Positions 63,337 to 64,000 of a stretch of DNA of 64,000 nt are shown here, piece by piece. This DNA comes from Azolla caroliniana (lineage: Eukaryota > Plantae > Polypodiophyta), in NCBI GenBank assembly GCA_043228905.1, contig JBHGNT010000003.1, positions 20,274,001 through 20,338,000 on the forward strand, read 5' to 3'. The position numbers were made by a program, and so were the translations under genes. Below the pieces are notes generated by a model. The model was not told the DNA's origin. It made no database searches and was given only the letters and a program-made list of their open reading frames with translations. Position 1 is the stretch's first letter, and each line of letters begins with the position of its first letter.

Positions 63337-64000
63337 ATTATAATACATATTGCATGATAAAGTGATGATAAAGATTAAGCAAAAAAGGAGTATGATTGTA
63401 TATTGTTCTCGTTTCATAGGCAAAGTCGTTAGGGATCAAATTTAATCTTACAGGCAACATAGTTCTCTCTTTCTTTCTCTCTCTCTCTCTAAAATGTAAA
63501 CGTGAGAATTAAGCACGACACGTCAATGGATTTGAAGCACAACTCCTACTACTATATGCATAGAAAAATGGAAATTCAAACTTGGCTTGCTTGCTAGCAT
63601 TATTTTGCTAAAAGAGGAATTGTATTATTTTCAGGGACATGATTTGTAAAGTGAGTTTAAAGCCTATATGTATTTCAAAGTAAAACTATAGTTATGGCTT
63701 TTTTTTAATAAATAAAAAAATAGGACATAGCCCTTTTACACATTGGCAATTGCCTTTGGAGGAAGAGTGTGTTGCCAAATGTCAGTTATGAGATAAGCAT
63801 ATCAAAGAATATGATGATGGGGTAGATCTACATCATTGTGAACAAGATGTTGACGAGAATGACTAGATGCTTTGCATAGGTGATTAGGCTATGCAACATC
63901 GAATATACTACTCTTGGCTCTGTTTCATATGAACATATTCTTTGAGCTTGTATATGAGATTCAATTTTGTTGTCACATTTCATCTCTCTTTAGTGCAATA

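Overview
AT-rich, intron-containing land-plant nuclear DNA; the GC-rich intronless genes and PPR style suggest a fern or lycophyte, which is inference only. Apparently intact genes: a UCP031279-like ORF (3531-4346 +), two GT37 xyloglucan-type fucosyltransferases in opposite orientation (9794-11662 -, 30509-32485 +), a 5-exon TOG/CLASP_N ARM-repeat gene (20594-22543 -), an 11-exon FOLT1-like mitochondrial-carrier-family gene (35782-41799 +), CDC123 (43659-45050 -) and a 4-exon YrdC gene (46482-50633 -). A local duplication (~3970-8530 vs ~19800-27220) shows reciprocal pseudogenisation of a two-gene block. Mobile DNA includes a decayed Ty1/copia element and a partial copy of it, two solo LTRs with 5-bp TSDs, a non-autonomous hAT-like element with an 8-bp TSD, and three LINE remnants. 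There are also gene fragments of tRNase Z, PPR and Ca2+-ATPase. The most unusual item is an interstitial Penelope-like retroelement (~51900-53820 -). Its RT ORF ends with no C-terminal GIY-YIG domain, and its 3' region carries a recognisable minimal type I hammerhead ribozyme (51931-51983 -). Exon and repeat coordinates were read by eye and may be off by a few bases.
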